NCBI GenBank assembly: GCA_047517385.1
Contig: JAKZSW010000003.1
Span: forward strand, 361 to 64,360
Length of the DNA: 64,000 nucleotides
Direction: 5' to 3'
From: Candidatus Tectimicrobiota bacterium
Lineage (GTDB): Bacteria > Tectomicrobia > Entotheonellia > Entotheonellales > Entotheonellaceae
Shown: positions 17,012-29,519 of the stretch, in pieces
Layout of the letters: every line of letters starts with the position of its first letter
Numbering within the stretch: position 1 is the first letter of the stretch
Notes under the pieces: generated by a model
The model's input: only the letters and a program-made list of their open reading frames with translations
Told to the model about the DNA's origin: nothing
The model's database searches: none
Program-made: the position numbers and the translations under genes

Positions 17012-17695
17012 TATTACGGAAGCTCCCCGTCCAGGTTGTGCGGTGGGGCGTCGGAGATGCTCTGGACCACGGCCAGGATGATGCCAAGCAGGATACTGAG
17101 GGACAGCAGCTCGGCACAGGCGAGGCGGAAGACGACGTGGCAGGCCTTAATTCTCGACAGGCGTTACCTGAACGCACCCTGATTTTGTTCCATCATTCCG
17201 AATAAGATGACAGCATGTAGACTTTAGCGCTCCTGCGAAGTCCCGGAAATTCGCGCCAAAAGAGCCGGAAACGGTGGAGGCGGGGAAATTTGATTGGATA
17301 TCCCCGCTCGCTTCGCGGATAGTGGTTTGCGATTATACCTTCCCACCAAGAATCGGTGCCAGCGAGCCGTCCCCATATGGACCACAGGACCGGTCAGACC
17401 CGCTGCCGTCGCCGGACTGCGAGCAAGCGCCGGCTTTGACCTCCCACCAGCCCCTGACGCCAGCGAACGACCGGACGACGGCCTCCACCTCTGGCCGCAT
17501 AGTGCCGACCGAAAAAGCCGACTCGTGACTGCCGCAAGCGTCACTGAAGGCCGCCGGCATGTGTCCGGGACTCAGACGATCCCTGGCATCCCTGACTTGA
17601 ACCGGCTATCAAGAGTGTCTATCATCACCGAAACCCATGTCACGGAACGGGAACCAGCGAGAGCATTTGCCGGGATTGTGGGAGGCAGGAGCACG

Positions 17696-18724
17696 ATGCG
17701 GAACGACATCTACAAAACGTGGGGGAATGAAGTCAACGGCAGGTTGCGTGTTCTTCCGGCGGCGGCTGTTTGCATGCTGATACTCCTGAGTGGACCGGCA
17801 GGTTGGGCGCAGGAGGCGCTTACGCTGGACGGCATCGCGGCGGTGGTGAACGAGGAAATCATCACCATCGGCGAAGTTCGGGAGGCGATGGCCTTCGAGG
17901 TCACCCAACTGGCCCAGACCTATCGCGGCGAGCGGCTGCAGGAGCAGATTTCCGCCGCTTACAAGCAGACGCTGAACAACCTCATGGATATCCATTTACA
18001 GCTTGTCCGGGCGCGGCAACTGCAAATGAGCGTCAGCGACGACGACATTGACCGGCAAGTCGATGCGCTGAAGGAACAGAACCAGATCTCCGACGACCAG
18101 TTGGTGCAGATGTTGAAAAGCCGCGGCATGACCCTGGAGAGCTACCGGCAGCAGCTCCGCGAGGGGCTGTTGGTCAGCAAGGTCGCCAACGCCGAGGTGC
18201 GGTCGCGCCTCATCATCCTCGACAGCGAGTTGCAGGAGGCTTACGAGGCGCGGCAGGAAAGCTACCGCATTGCCGGCACCCAGACGGTGAGCCATATCCT
18301 GTTCTTGTTGCCGGAGCGTGCTTCGGACGACGACATGGCCCAGCGGCAAGCCGAAGCCGAGCGCGTGTTGCAGGAAATCCGCAACGGCGGCGATTTTGCC
18401 GCCCTCGCGCGTCAGTTCTCCGAAGGGCCATCGGCGGAACGCGGCGGCTTGCTGGGCACCTTCCAGGCCAACGAACTGCTGCCGGGGTTCGACGAAGCAA
18501 CGGCCAACCTGCAGCCCGGCGAGATCAGCGACGTGATACGCACCCGCGTGGGCCTGCACATCATTCGCCTCGAAGACCGGCAGGCGGACAGCTTCAGGTT
18601 ATTCGACGACGTTAAAGCGGACCTGCAGAACGAATTGCTGCGGGAGAAGACCGAGGCCAAATACCAGGAATGGCTTGAGGCCCTTCGGCTACAGGCGTAC
18701 GTCAAGATACTGTATGAGGATTAG
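17696..18724 (+). CDS. SurA-like periplasmic chaperone / PpiC-type peptidyl-prolyl isomerase
   Basis: Start at the ATG at 17696 (GGAGGCAGGA SD) inside ORF 17294..18724. Signal peptide ..LLSGPAGWA/QE, a SurA N-terminal-like domain (IAAVVNEEIITIGEV), and a parvulin domain (VSHILF..GGDFAALARQFSEGPSAERGGLLG..VGLHIIRLE). Confidence 0.8.
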   Translation: MRNDIYKTWGNEVNGRLRVLPAAAVCMLILLSGPAGWAQEALTLDGIAAVVNEEIITIGEVREAMAFEVTQLAQTYRGERLQEQISAAYKQTLNNLMDIHLQLVRARQLQMSVSDDDIDRQVDALKEQNQISDDQLVQMLKSRGMTLESYRQQLREGLLVSKVANAEVRSRLIILDSELQEAYEARQESYRIAGTQTVSHILFLLPERASDDDMAQRQAEAERVLQEIRNGGDFAALARQFSEGPSAERGGLLGTFQANELLPGFDEATANLQPGEISDVIRTRVGLHIIRLEDRQADSFRLFDDVKADLQNELLREKTEAKYQEWLEALRLQAYVKILYED

Positions 18725-18730
18725 TATCCC

Positions 18731-18756
18731 GTGCCCCTTGGGGGCTCTTTTTTTTG
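18731..18756 (+). terminator. Rho-independent terminator after the surA-like gene
   Basis: GCCCC-TTG-GGGGC hairpin followed by TC + T8 (gtgccccttgggggctctttttttt), 7 nt after the stop codon. Confidence 0.8.
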
Positions 18757-18780
18757 TCCGCTGCCCAACGCTGACGGAGG

Positions 18781-19353
18781 TTGCAGGTGCGGAGACATAC
18801 AAAGCTCGCTGACAGGAGGCAGGTGCTGGACGCCGCAGGCATCGAGCAGGCGCTGCGGCGCCTTGGCCGCGAAATTGGTACACGCAACACCCCGGTGACA
18901 CGCCTTGTGCTCATCGGCATCCGCACCCGCGGCGTGCCGCTGGCCAAGCGCCTGGGCGCCCTGATCCAAAGCGACACGAGCACGGACATACTCGTGGGCA
19001 CCATCGACATCACGCTCTACCGCGACGACCTCAAGGCACGCCAAGGCCGACCGATGCAGGCGACGCATATCCCCTGTCCGCTTGACGCCCGGCACGTGGT
19101 GCTGGTGGATGACGTGCTGTACACCGGACGCACCATTCGGGCGGCCATGGACGCACTCACGGATTTCGGACGCCCGTTATCCGTCCAACTGGCGGTGCTG
19201 GTCGACCGCGGCCACCGCGAATTCCCCATTCAGGCCGATTACGTCGGCGCCACCCTGCAAACTGCGCACGACGACCAAGTGCGCGTGCAGGTGAGTGAAA
19301 TCGACGGCCGCGATGACATCACCCTTATGGAAGCGGCCCGGCAGGAGGTTTGA
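18781..19353 (+). CDS. pyrR: Pyrimidine operon regulator / uracil phosphoribosyltransferase
   Basis: 190 aa. PRPP-binding loop [21 protein letters not shown], and RTRGVPLA. It heads the pyr operon. The start codon (TTG 18781) is uncertain by a few codons. Confidence 0.85.
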   Translation: MQVRRHTKLADRRQVLDAAGIEQALRRLGREIGTRNTPVTRLVLIGIRTRGVPLAKRLGALIQSDTSTDILVGTIDITLYRDDLKARQGRPMQATHIPCPLDARHVVLVDDVLYTGRTIRAAMDALTDFGRPLSVQLAVLVDRGHREFPIQADYVGATLQTAHDDQVRVQVSEIDGRDDITLMEAARQEV

Positions 19354-19381
19354 TGCATTTTCTCAGGGAAAAGACAACGCC

Positions 19382-20311
19382 ATGAGTTCGATCAGCTTCC
19401 GTGGCCGCGATCTCCTGGACGTTGAAACCCTCTCCGCCGAGGAAATTCAACACATTCTGGACGCCGTTCCCTCCTTCAAGGAAGTCTCCGAGCGCGACAT
19501 CAAGAAAGTCCCGACCCTGCGTGGCAAGACTGTTATCAACCTGTTCTTCGAGCCCAGCACGCGGACGCGCACCTCGTTTGAAATCGCCGGCAAGCGCCTC
19601 AGCGCCGACGTGGTGAATATCTCCGTGGCCACCAGCAGTGTCAGCAAGGGAGAAAGCCTGCGGGACATGGCCGATAACCTTGCGGCGATGCAGGCCGACG
19701 TGCTGATCGTGCGCCACCACGTCGCCGGGGTGCCGCATTTCCTGGCGCGCTCCGTGCCGCAGCCGGTCATCAATGCCGGCGACGGCGCCCACGAGCACCC
19801 CACCCAGGCGCTGCTGGATGTCTTCACGCTGCAAGAAAAATGGGGTTCGCTGCAGGGCCGAAGCGCCTTGATCGTCGGCGACATCGCCAGCAGCCGGGTA
19901 GCGCGCTCGAACGTGCTGGCCATGCGAAAGCTCGGCATGCACGTCTGCGTCTGCGGCCCGCCCACCATGCTGCCGGTGGGCCTCGATCAACTCGGCGTCG
20001 AGGCCACCAGCGACTTCGACGAGGCCATCCAGTCCACCGACGTCGTCATGATGCTGCGCATGCAGCGCGAGCGTCACAAGGACGTGCTGTTCCCGTCGCT
20101 GGCGGAATACGCCGAGCGCTACTGCCTCACCGCCGAGCGCCTGCGGCGCGCCAAGGAGGGCGTGGTGGTGATGCACCCCGGTCCCATCAATCGCGGCGTG
20201 GAGATCGCCCCCGAGGTGGCGGACGGCTTGGCGTCGGTGATCCTGCAGCAGGTCACGAACGGCGTCGCGGTGCGCATGGCCTTGCTCTATCTGATTCTGG
20301 GAGGCGGCTAG
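19382..20311 (+). CDS. pyrB: Aspartate carbamoyltransferase catalytic subunit
   Basis: Start at the ATG at 19382 ([13 protein letters not shown]) inside ORF 19295..20311. Motifs: [26 protein letters not shown]. Confidence 0.93.
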   Translation: MSSISFRGRDLLDVETLSAEEIQHILDAVPSFKEVSERDIKKVPTLRGKTVINLFFEPSTRTRTSFEIAGKRLSADVVNISVATSSVSKGESLRDMADNLAAMQADVLIVRHHVAGVPHFLARSVPQPVINAGDGAHEHPTQALLDVFTLQEKWGSLQGRSALIVGDIASSRVARSNVLAMRKLGMHVCVCGPPTMLPVGLDQLGVEATSDFDEAIQSTDVVMMLRMQRERHKDVLFPSLAEYAERYCLTAERLRRAKEGVVVMHPGPINRGVEIAPEVADGLASVILQQVTNGVAVRMALLYLILGGG

Positions 20312-21645
20312 TGGACTTGCTGATTCGCGGCGGTCGGGTCATCGACCCGGAGCAAGGGCTGGATGCCCACCTGGACGTGCGCGTTGCCGAGGGCCGCATT
20401 GTCGAGATCGGGCGCGAACTGCCGTTCCCCTCCCCTGACCCCTCCCTCAAGGGACGGGGGATGTCGCCTGAAGGCGGGCCGCCGTCCGCGGCGCCTCGTG
20501 TTGTGGAAGCGGCCGGTTGGATTGTGGCGCCGGGTTTTATCGACATGCACGTCCACTTCGGCGAGCCGGGCTACGAACACCGCGAAACGATTGCCAGCGG
20601 GCTTGCCGCCGCCGCCACCGGGGGCTTTGCCGCGGTGGCGATGATGCCGGACACCCAACCGGTGCACGATACGCCGACGGTGACCGAATATATCCTGCGG
20701 CGCGCCGGAATCGCCTGCGGCACCCGGCTCTACCCGGTCGGCGCCGTGACCGCCGGCTTGCAGGGCGAAACGCTGGCCGAAATCGGCGGCATGCACAAAG
20801 CCGGCATCGTGGCCCTGTCGGATGCCCCCCAATCTGTCGGCAGCGCCCGCCTAATGCGCCGCGCCATGGAGTACGGCAGCATGTTTGATCTGCCCATTCT
20901 GTCGCATTGCGAGGACCGCGTGCTCGCCGGCAACGGCGTCATGCACGAGGGCGCGGTGTCCACTATCCTGGGGCTTCCGGGTGTGCCGGCGGCGGCGGAA
21001 AGCATCATCGTTTACCGAGATATCCAACTGGCGGCCCTCAGCGGCGCGCACCTGCACGTGCAGCACGTGAGCACCGCGGAAACGGTCAGCCTGTTGCGGC
21101 GTGCCAAGGACCGGGGCCTGAACGTGACGGCGGAAACCTGTCCGCATTACCTGACGCTGACCGACGAGGCCGTCAAGGGTTACGACACCAACACCAAGGT
21201 CAACCCGCCGCTGCGCCCAGCGCCGGACGTCGAGGCGGTGCGGGCCGCTCTGCGGGACGGCACGATCGACGCCATCGCTTCCGACCACCTGCCGCAGCAC
21301 GTGGTCGACAAGGAACAGGATTACTTGGCGGCCGCGCCGGGCATGATCGGTTTGGAAACCAGCGTTGGCCTGGCTCTGCGGCTGTGCCACGACGGCCTGC
21401 TGTCCCTGCCGCAGCTTGTCGCCGCCTACACCAGTCGCCCGGCCCGCATTCTCGGCCTGCCGCACGGCACCCTGCGGGTCGGGGAATTGGCCGACATCAC
21501 CCTGATCGATCCCGAATACGAGGTCGAGGTTGACGCTGCCGCCTTGCGTTCACGCAGCCACAACACCCCGTTTCTGGGCCGGCGGCTGCGCGGCGCGGCG
21601 ATGGGGACGATCGTCGAAGGCAGGATCATCTTTGAGCGCAAGTAA
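20311..21645 (+). CDS. pyrC: Dihydroorotase
   Basis: The GTG at 20311 overlaps the pyrB TAG by 1 nt (frame of ORF 19840..21645). [13 protein letters not shown].., PGFIDMHVHFGEPG, and a C-terminal SDHLP-type motif (ASDHLP). Contains an extra proline/glycine-rich segment (see findings). Confidence 0.9.
   Translation: MDLLIRGGRVIDPEQGLDAHLDVRVAEGRIVEIGRELPFPSPDPSLKGRGMSPEGGPPSAAPRVVEAAGWIVAPGFIDMHVHFGEPGYEHRETIASGLAAAATGGFAAVAMMPDTQPVHDTPTVTEYILRRAGIACGTRLYPVGAVTAGLQGETLAEIGGMHKAGIVALSDAPQSVGSARLMRRAMEYGSMFDLPILSHCEDRVLAGNGVMHEGAVSTILGLPGVPAAAESIIVYRDIQLAALSGAHLHVQHVSTAETVSLLRRAKDRGLNVTAETCPHYLTLTDEAVKGYDTNTKVNPPLRPAPDVEAVRAALRDGTIDAIASDHLPQHVVDKEQDYLAAAPGMIGLETSVGLALRLCHDGLLSLPQLVAAYTSRPARILGLPHGTLRVGELADITLIDPEYEVEVDAAALRSRSHNTPFLGRRLRGAAMGTIVEGRIIFERK
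20439..20460. repeat. GC-rich palindromic element copy (degenerate right arm) inside pyrC
   Basis: cccctccc-tcaag-ggacggggg, preceded by a partial duplicate cccctcccctga. Translated in frame as PSLKGRG. Confidence 0.6.
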
Positions 21646-21660
21646 GGAGCACAAAACGCC

Positions 21661-22749
21661 ATGCGGGCCTTGTTAGCCTTGGCAGACGGAACGGTTTTCG
21701 AGGGCAAGTCCTTCGGCGCGCCCGGAGAGGTCGCCGGGGAAGTGGTGTTCAATACCAGCATGATGGGCTACCAGGAGATCCTCACCGACCCGTCATACAA
21801 GGGGCAGATCGTCACCATGACATATCCGCTCATCGGAAACTACGGCGTCAACGAGGAGGATTCCGAGTCGAGCAAGCCCTGGGCCGAGGGGCTGATTGTG
21901 AAGGAATGCAGCCCGGTGGTCAGCAACTGGCGCGCCCAGCAGAGCCTGCCCGACTTCATGCGCGAGCACGGCATCGTTGGCATCGAGGGCATCGACACGC
22001 GCACGCTGACCCGCCGCCTGCGCGACCGCGGCGCCCAGGAGGGCGTCATTTCGACCGTCGAACTGGACCCTGACGCCCTGGTGGCAAGGGCGCGCGGCGT
22101 CCCGTCGATGAGCGGCCGGGACCTGGTAAAGGACGTCACCTGCGAAGCGCCATACGACTGGACGGAAGACGCCCCAGCCTCTGCCACGCCGCTTGTCGTC
22201 GCCTACGACTACGGCATCAAGCACAATATCCTGCGCTGCCTTACCCGCCGAGGCTGCCGCGTGCACGTGGTGCCGGCCGGCACGCCCGCCGAGGCGGTTC
22301 TGGACATGCAGCCAGACGGCGTCTTTCTATCCAACGGTCCCGGAGACCCGGCGGCCCTGCCGACGGTTATCGACCAGGTGCGGCGGTTCATCGGTGTCAA
22401 ACCAATCATGGGCATCTGTCTCGGACATCAGATTCTCGCGCTCGCAAGCGGCGCCGAGACCGTGAAGCTGAAGTTCGGGCACCACGGCGGCAACCAACCC
22501 ATCCGCGATTTGCATACCGAGCGCGTCCTGATCACGGCGGAAAACCACGGTTTCGCCGTCGATCCGAGCACCCTGCCGGACGCTTTGGAAGTGACCCACA
22601 TCAACCTGAACGACAACGTCGTCGAAGGCGTCAGGCACCGCGAACTGCCGGTGTTCTCGGTGCAGTTCCACCCGGAAGCCTCCCCCGGACCGCACGACGC
22701 CGTTGACCTGTTCGCCCCGTTTCTGAGTAGCATGCGACAAGGGAGTTGA
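21661..22749 (+). CDS. carA: Carbamoyl-phosphate synthase small (glutaminase) subunit
   Basis: 362 aa. N-terminal CPSase small-chain domain and a GATase domain with GICLGHQ and a HPE-type triad ([15 protein letters not shown]). Confidence 0.95.
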   Translation: MRALLALADGTVFEGKSFGAPGEVAGEVVFNTSMMGYQEILTDPSYKGQIVTMTYPLIGNYGVNEEDSESSKPWAEGLIVKECSPVVSNWRAQQSLPDFMREHGIVGIEGIDTRTLTRRLRDRGAQEGVISTVELDPDALVARARGVPSMSGRDLVKDVTCEAPYDWTEDAPASATPLVVAYDYGIKHNILRCLTRRGCRVHVVPAGTPAEAVLDMQPDGVFLSNGPGDPAALPTVIDQVRRFIGVKPIMGICLGHQILALASGAETVKLKFGHHGGNQPIRDLHTERVLITAENHGFAVDPSTLPDALEVTHINLNDNVVEGVRHRELPVFSVQFHPEASPGPHDAVDLFAPFLSSMRQGS

Positions 22750-22750
22750 A

Positions 22751-26059
<3,309 letters not shown>

Positions 26060-26070
26060 AAGAGTCTGCC

Positions 26071-26997
26071 GTGCCGACGCCCGACTTGCGGGTAAACGTT
26101 GCCGGGCTGTGTTTACAAAATCCCATTATCGCGGCGTCGGGCACCTGCGGATACGGCGAGGAACTCCACCCCTTCGTTGACCTCAACCGCCTGGGTGGCG
26201 TGGTGGTGAAGGGCCTGTCGCTCAAGCCGCGTCCCGGTAATCCGGCGCCGCGGCTCGTCGAGACGACGGCCGGCATGCTCAACTCCGTCGGTCTGCAGAA
26301 CGTCGGCATCGAGGCGTTCCTGCGCGACAAGCTACCGCGCCTGCGGGGCTACCGCACGAACATCGTGGTCAATTTCTTTGGCGATTCGCCGGATGAATAC
26401 GCCGCGGTGGCGGCCCGGGCCAGCGAGGCGGAGGACATCGCGGCTCTCGAGGCCAACATCTCCTGCCCCAACGTCCGGCATGGCGGCATGTTGTTCAGCA
26501 GCGATGCGCGTCTGACGGCAGAGGTCGTCACGAAAATACGGCAAGCCACCCGCCTGCCGTTGTGGGTCAAGCTCAGCCCAAACGTCACCGACATTGCGGA
26601 AATCGCCCGCGCAGCCGAGGCGGCCGGCGCCGATGCGATCTCTCTGATCAATACGGTGGTGGGCATGGCCATCGATCTGGAGGGGCGCCGGGCGGAGTTG
26701 CCGTTCGGTTTCGGCGGCCTTTCGGGACCGGCCATCAAGCCCATCGCGCTGCGCATGGTCTGGCAGGTATCCCAGGCGGTACGCATTCCCGTGGTCGGCA
26801 TGGGCGGCATTATGAACGGTCGGGACGCGCTGGAATTTCTCCTGGCCGGCGCCGCAGCATGCCAGGTGGGCACGGCGAGCTTCGCAGACCCCGCCGCCTG
26901 TCGGAAGATCGTGTCCGAAATGGAAGACTACCTGCGGCGTCGCGGCATCGCCACGGCGGCCGAACTGTGCGGCAAGCTGCAAACGCCAGCGGAGTAG
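26071..26997 (+). CDS. pyrD: Dihydroorotate dehydrogenase, class 1-type catalytic subunit
   Basis: Frame of ORF 25939..26997. Start is GTG 26071 (or TTG 26056, which overlaps the carB stop). Motifs: NPIIAASGTCGYG, MLNSVGLQN, ANISCPN, GGLSGPAIKPIAL. No pyrK-like partner is adjacent. Confidence 0.88.
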   Translation: MPTPDLRVNVAGLCLQNPIIAASGTCGYGEELHPFVDLNRLGGVVVKGLSLKPRPGNPAPRLVETTAGMLNSVGLQNVGIEAFLRDKLPRLRGYRTNIVVNFFGDSPDEYAAVAARASEAEDIAALEANISCPNVRHGGMLFSSDARLTAEVVTKIRQATRLPLWVKLSPNVTDIAEIARAAEAAGADAISLINTVVGMAIDLEGRRAELPFGFGGLSGPAIKPIALRMVWQVSQAVRIPVVGMGGIMNGRDALEFLLAGAAACQVGTASFADPAACRKIVSEMEDYLRRRGIATAAELCGKLQTPAE

Positions 26998-27097
26998 CAA
27001 CCAAAACACGCGGCGTGCGCGTGCGATTTGCTGGCCATGGCAATGCACATTTCAATCGTCTATAGTGCCTTGGTCCGTCAACCGAGGAGAACAGTCC

Positions 27098-27340
27098 ATG
27101 CGCACCATAACCTGTGAACCGGAACTGAAAGATGATCACACCGTAACCATCACTCTGCCTGACGACATCCCTACCGGGCAACATCAGATTGTTCTGGTCA
27201 TCGACGAACGCGTAAAGAACGACCCGAGGCTACAGGAAACGTACGATGCGTTGCTCTCTCACACCAGCGGTCTGTGGAAGCAGAGCGATGGTTTAAGTTG
27301 TCAGGAAAACGTCCGTAATGAGTGGAATAGATGCCCCTGA
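27098..27340 (+). CDS. Putative VapB-type antitoxin (80 aa)
   Basis: ATG at 27098 with a GAGGAGA SD, inside ORF 27065..27340. Overlaps the PIN-gene start by 10 nt. The C-terminal ..GLWKQSDGL..QENVRNEW is typical of small antitoxins paired with PIN toxins (recollection, not searched). Confidence 0.6.
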   Translation: MRTITCEPELKDDHTVTITLPDDIPTGQHQIVLVIDERVKNDPRLQETYDALLSHTSGLWKQSDGLSCQENVRNEWNRCP

Positions 27341-27707
27341 GTGTTTTGCTCGATTCGGTTATCCTGATTGACCACTTTAATGGTATTGCCGAAGCCACCG
27401 CTTATCTTGGACAGTTAAGGCACAACGCATCAATTTCTGTAATCACACGTGCAGAAGTGCCGACGGGTTTTGAAGCTTCTGACGACAGGCAGAAGGCCGC
27501 GATGCTTCTCGACTGCTTTCCCGTTTCGAACTTACCAAGCGGATTTCCGACTTGGCAGCCGGCCTGCGACGCATACATGGCTGGAAATTACCCGATGCCT
27601 TCCAAGCCGCGCTTGCCCAGCATCATCACCTCCGTTTCGCAACCCGCAATACCAAGGATTTTCCACCGGAGCGTTTTGCCTTTGTCGTCGTGCCATATAA
27701 GCTGTGA
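27331..27707 (+). pseudogene. vapC: PIN-domain VapC toxin, frameshifted
   Basis: The N-terminal half is in frame 1 (MPLSVLLDSVILIDHFNG..ISVITRAEV). The C-terminal half is in frame 0 (KRISDLAAGLRRIHGWKLPDAFQAALAQHHHLRFATRNTKDFPPERFAFVVVPYKL*, stop 27705-27707). The switch must lie between 27483 and 27537 and is consistent with loss of 1 nt. Confidence 0.7.
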
Positions 27708-27816
27708 ATGTCCAATGGAAAGCCGGTGATCGACTTGCGGGACACGAACTCGTTATAAACCGAGCCAATCCGCCCCAAAGCGTTCGTGGCGGGCATTCAA
27801 TGAGAAAGCAGAAAAC

Positions 27817-28620
27817 ATGGTACCAGGACTGAGAAGAAACCTGACGGGACAAAAGCGAGAAAAATCCGTTTTTCGCGAATACGCTGAATCGATCATTTTT
27901 GCCGTGGTTCTGGCTCTGATCCTGCGCCAGTTTGTCGTGCAGGCCTTCAAAATCCCCTCGGGTTCCATGGAGGACACCCTGCTCATCGGCGATCACATCC
28001 TGGTGAACAAATTTCTCTATCACTTCACCGATCCCAAACAATTCGACGTTATCGTTTTCCGATATCCTTGGGACGAGGAGCGCGACTTCATCAAGCGTGT
28101 CATCGCGCTTCCCGGCGACCGGGTGGAAGTTCGAAACCAGCAGGTTTATGTGAACGGCGGGGCACTGGAGCAGGAATGGTACTTGCACGAGATGGCGTCT
28201 CTGGGGCACAAGGACTTCGGATCGATCGTCGTCCCGCAGGAGGGGGACACAGTCGAGATCCGGCAGGGCCAGAACCTCTATCTGAACAATGAACGCGTTC
28301 CCATCCCCTCCGGGACGTTTTACCCGCGCGACCACGGTCAACCCATGGACGGTTTCCAGGTGTTTTACGGGCGGCTATTCCCGCCCGGAACGACCCTGCG
28401 GCAGCCGGTCGGGCCGCTAGTGGTCGAGCATGATTACTACTTCACACTGGGCGACAACCGCGGCAACAGCAAGGACAGCCGCTTCTGGGGGCTGGTGCCC
28501 AGCACACGCATCAAGGGCAAAGCTTTCTTCATCTACTGGTCATGGAACCGCGCCACCAGCTTTCCGGACTACATCCGCTGGGACAGGCTCGGCAAGCTGT
28601 TGCAGCCGCCCTCGCTCTGA
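27817..28620 (+). CDS. lepB: Signal peptidase I
   Basis: 267 aa. TM anchor, catalytic Ser box IPSGSMEDTLL, Lys box FIKRVIALPGD, and GDNRGNSKDSRFWG. Confidence 0.9.
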   Translation: MVPGLRRNLTGQKREKSVFREYAESIIFAVVLALILRQFVVQAFKIPSGSMEDTLLIGDHILVNKFLYHFTDPKQFDVIVFRYPWDEERDFIKRVIALPGDRVEVRNQQVYVNGGALEQEWYLHEMASLGHKDFGSIVVPQEGDTVEIRQGQNLYLNNERVPIPSGTFYPRDHGQPMDGFQVFYGRLFPPGTTLRQPVGPLVVEHDYYFTLGDNRGNSKDSRFWGLVPSTRIKGKAFFIYWSWNRATSFPDYIRWDRLGKLLQPPSL

Positions 28621-29444
28621 CCGGCGCCCTCATTCGCCACCAATTGGCGCAACGTCTCGCTGAGCTGGATAAACTGGGCAACGGTCAGTTCCTGCGCCCG
28701 TGCGTTGCTACCGAGGCCGAGGGTGGCGAAAGCTTGTGCGATAACGGCTTGGCTGAGGGACGGATCGGAAAGGCTGAGGAGATTGCCGCGCAGCAGCTTG
28801 CGGCGGTGGGTGAAGGCCTGCCGGACGACGCGGAAGAAAAACTGCTCATCGTGGTTCTGCCACGGCAATTCGGCATAGGGGGTCAAGGTGATGACGGTTG
28901 AATCGACCGCGGGCACGGGCGTGAAGACGTGCCGTGAGACCTCGAACCCATGCCTCAGGGTGGCGTAGTATTGGAAGAATACGGACGTGGTGCTGTACGC
29001 CGAGGAGTTGGGCTTGGCGAGCAGGCGGGCGGCCACTTCCTTTTGCAGCATGACGACGAGGCGGCTCAGCCGATGGCGGAAGCGGAAGAGTTGTGTCAGA
29101 ATCGCCATACCCGCTTGATACGGCAGATTGGCTACAACGACCAGGGGCTGCGGCAGTTGGTCGTAATCGTAAGTCCGCGCGTCAGCCTGCAGGACGTGAA
29201 CGTGCGACGCAGCAGCGAACCGTTGCAGCATGGCCTGCGCGTAACGCGGGTCGATCTCCAGGGCGTACAGAGCGGCTGCTTGGCGGGCCAACGTAGTGGT
29301 GAGAATCCCCCGGCCCGGGCCGATTTCCAACGCGGTTTCACCGGCCGCGAGGGCGGCAATTTGCATGATTTTTTCGACCACCGATCGATCGCGCAAAAAA
29401 ACCTGTCCCAGACGCTTGCGGCGATACGAGATATGTCTAGTCAT
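28569..29444 (-). CDS. rsmA: 16S rRNA (adenine1518/1519-N6)-dimethyltransferase
   Basis: 291 aa. LGQVFL, SAM-binding ALEIGPGRGILT, and ANLPY. Its 3' end overlaps the convergent lepB by 52 bp. Confidence 0.9.
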   Translation of the reverse strand: MTRHISYRRKRLGQVFLRDRSVVEKIMQIAALAAGETALEIGPGRGILTTTLARQAAALYALEIDPRYAQAMLQRFAAASHVHVLQADARTYDYDQLPQPLVVVANLPYQAGMAILTQLFRFRHRLSRLVVMLQKEVAARLLAKPNSSAYSTTSVFFQYYATLRHGFEVSRHVFTPVPAVDSTVITLTPYAELPWQNHDEQFFFRVVRQAFTHRRKLLRGNLLSLSDPSLSQAVIAQAFATLGLGSNARAQELTVAQFIQLSETLRQLVANEGAGQSEGGCNSLPSLSQRM

Positions 29445-29519
29445 TTGTCGTCTCTTCTCTCCTCAACCCCTGCTTGATAATCAAATTGGATATCTGTTAA
29501 CTGCGGTACGAGATGAAAT

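Noticed and set aside
17030-17170. Hydrophobic FliQ-like reading (..ELLSLSILLGIILAVVQSISD..) on the minus strand just upstream of the RCC1 gene.
   Set aside because: No start codon is available in that frame. The stretch is short and the similarity is only impressionistic.
5243-17695. Tried to delimit the R-M/EEP/RCC1 block as a genomic island (flanking direct repeats, tRNA, integrase).
   Set aside because: No integrase, transposase or tRNA is present. I found only a 10-nt inverted match (acggcgaagg at about 5535 vs ccttcgccgt at about 12931), which is not convincing. Apart from the hsdS variable regions, the G+C looks host-like.
18757-19381. Looked for PyrR-binding anti-terminator loops or attenuators upstream of pyrR and between pyrR and pyrB.
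   Set aside because: Only about 25 nt separate the surA terminator from pyrR, and 28 nt separate pyrR from pyrB. I saw no ARUCCAGAGAGGYU-like loop or terminator there. Regulation, if any, must work differently.
28569-28620. 52-bp convergent overlap of the lepB and rsmA 3' ends, considered as a possible mis-annotation or antisense regulation.
   Set aside because: Both frames are open and the family-like parts end close to the overlap. It is most simply explained by non-conserved C-terminal tails. Nothing further supports a regulatory role.
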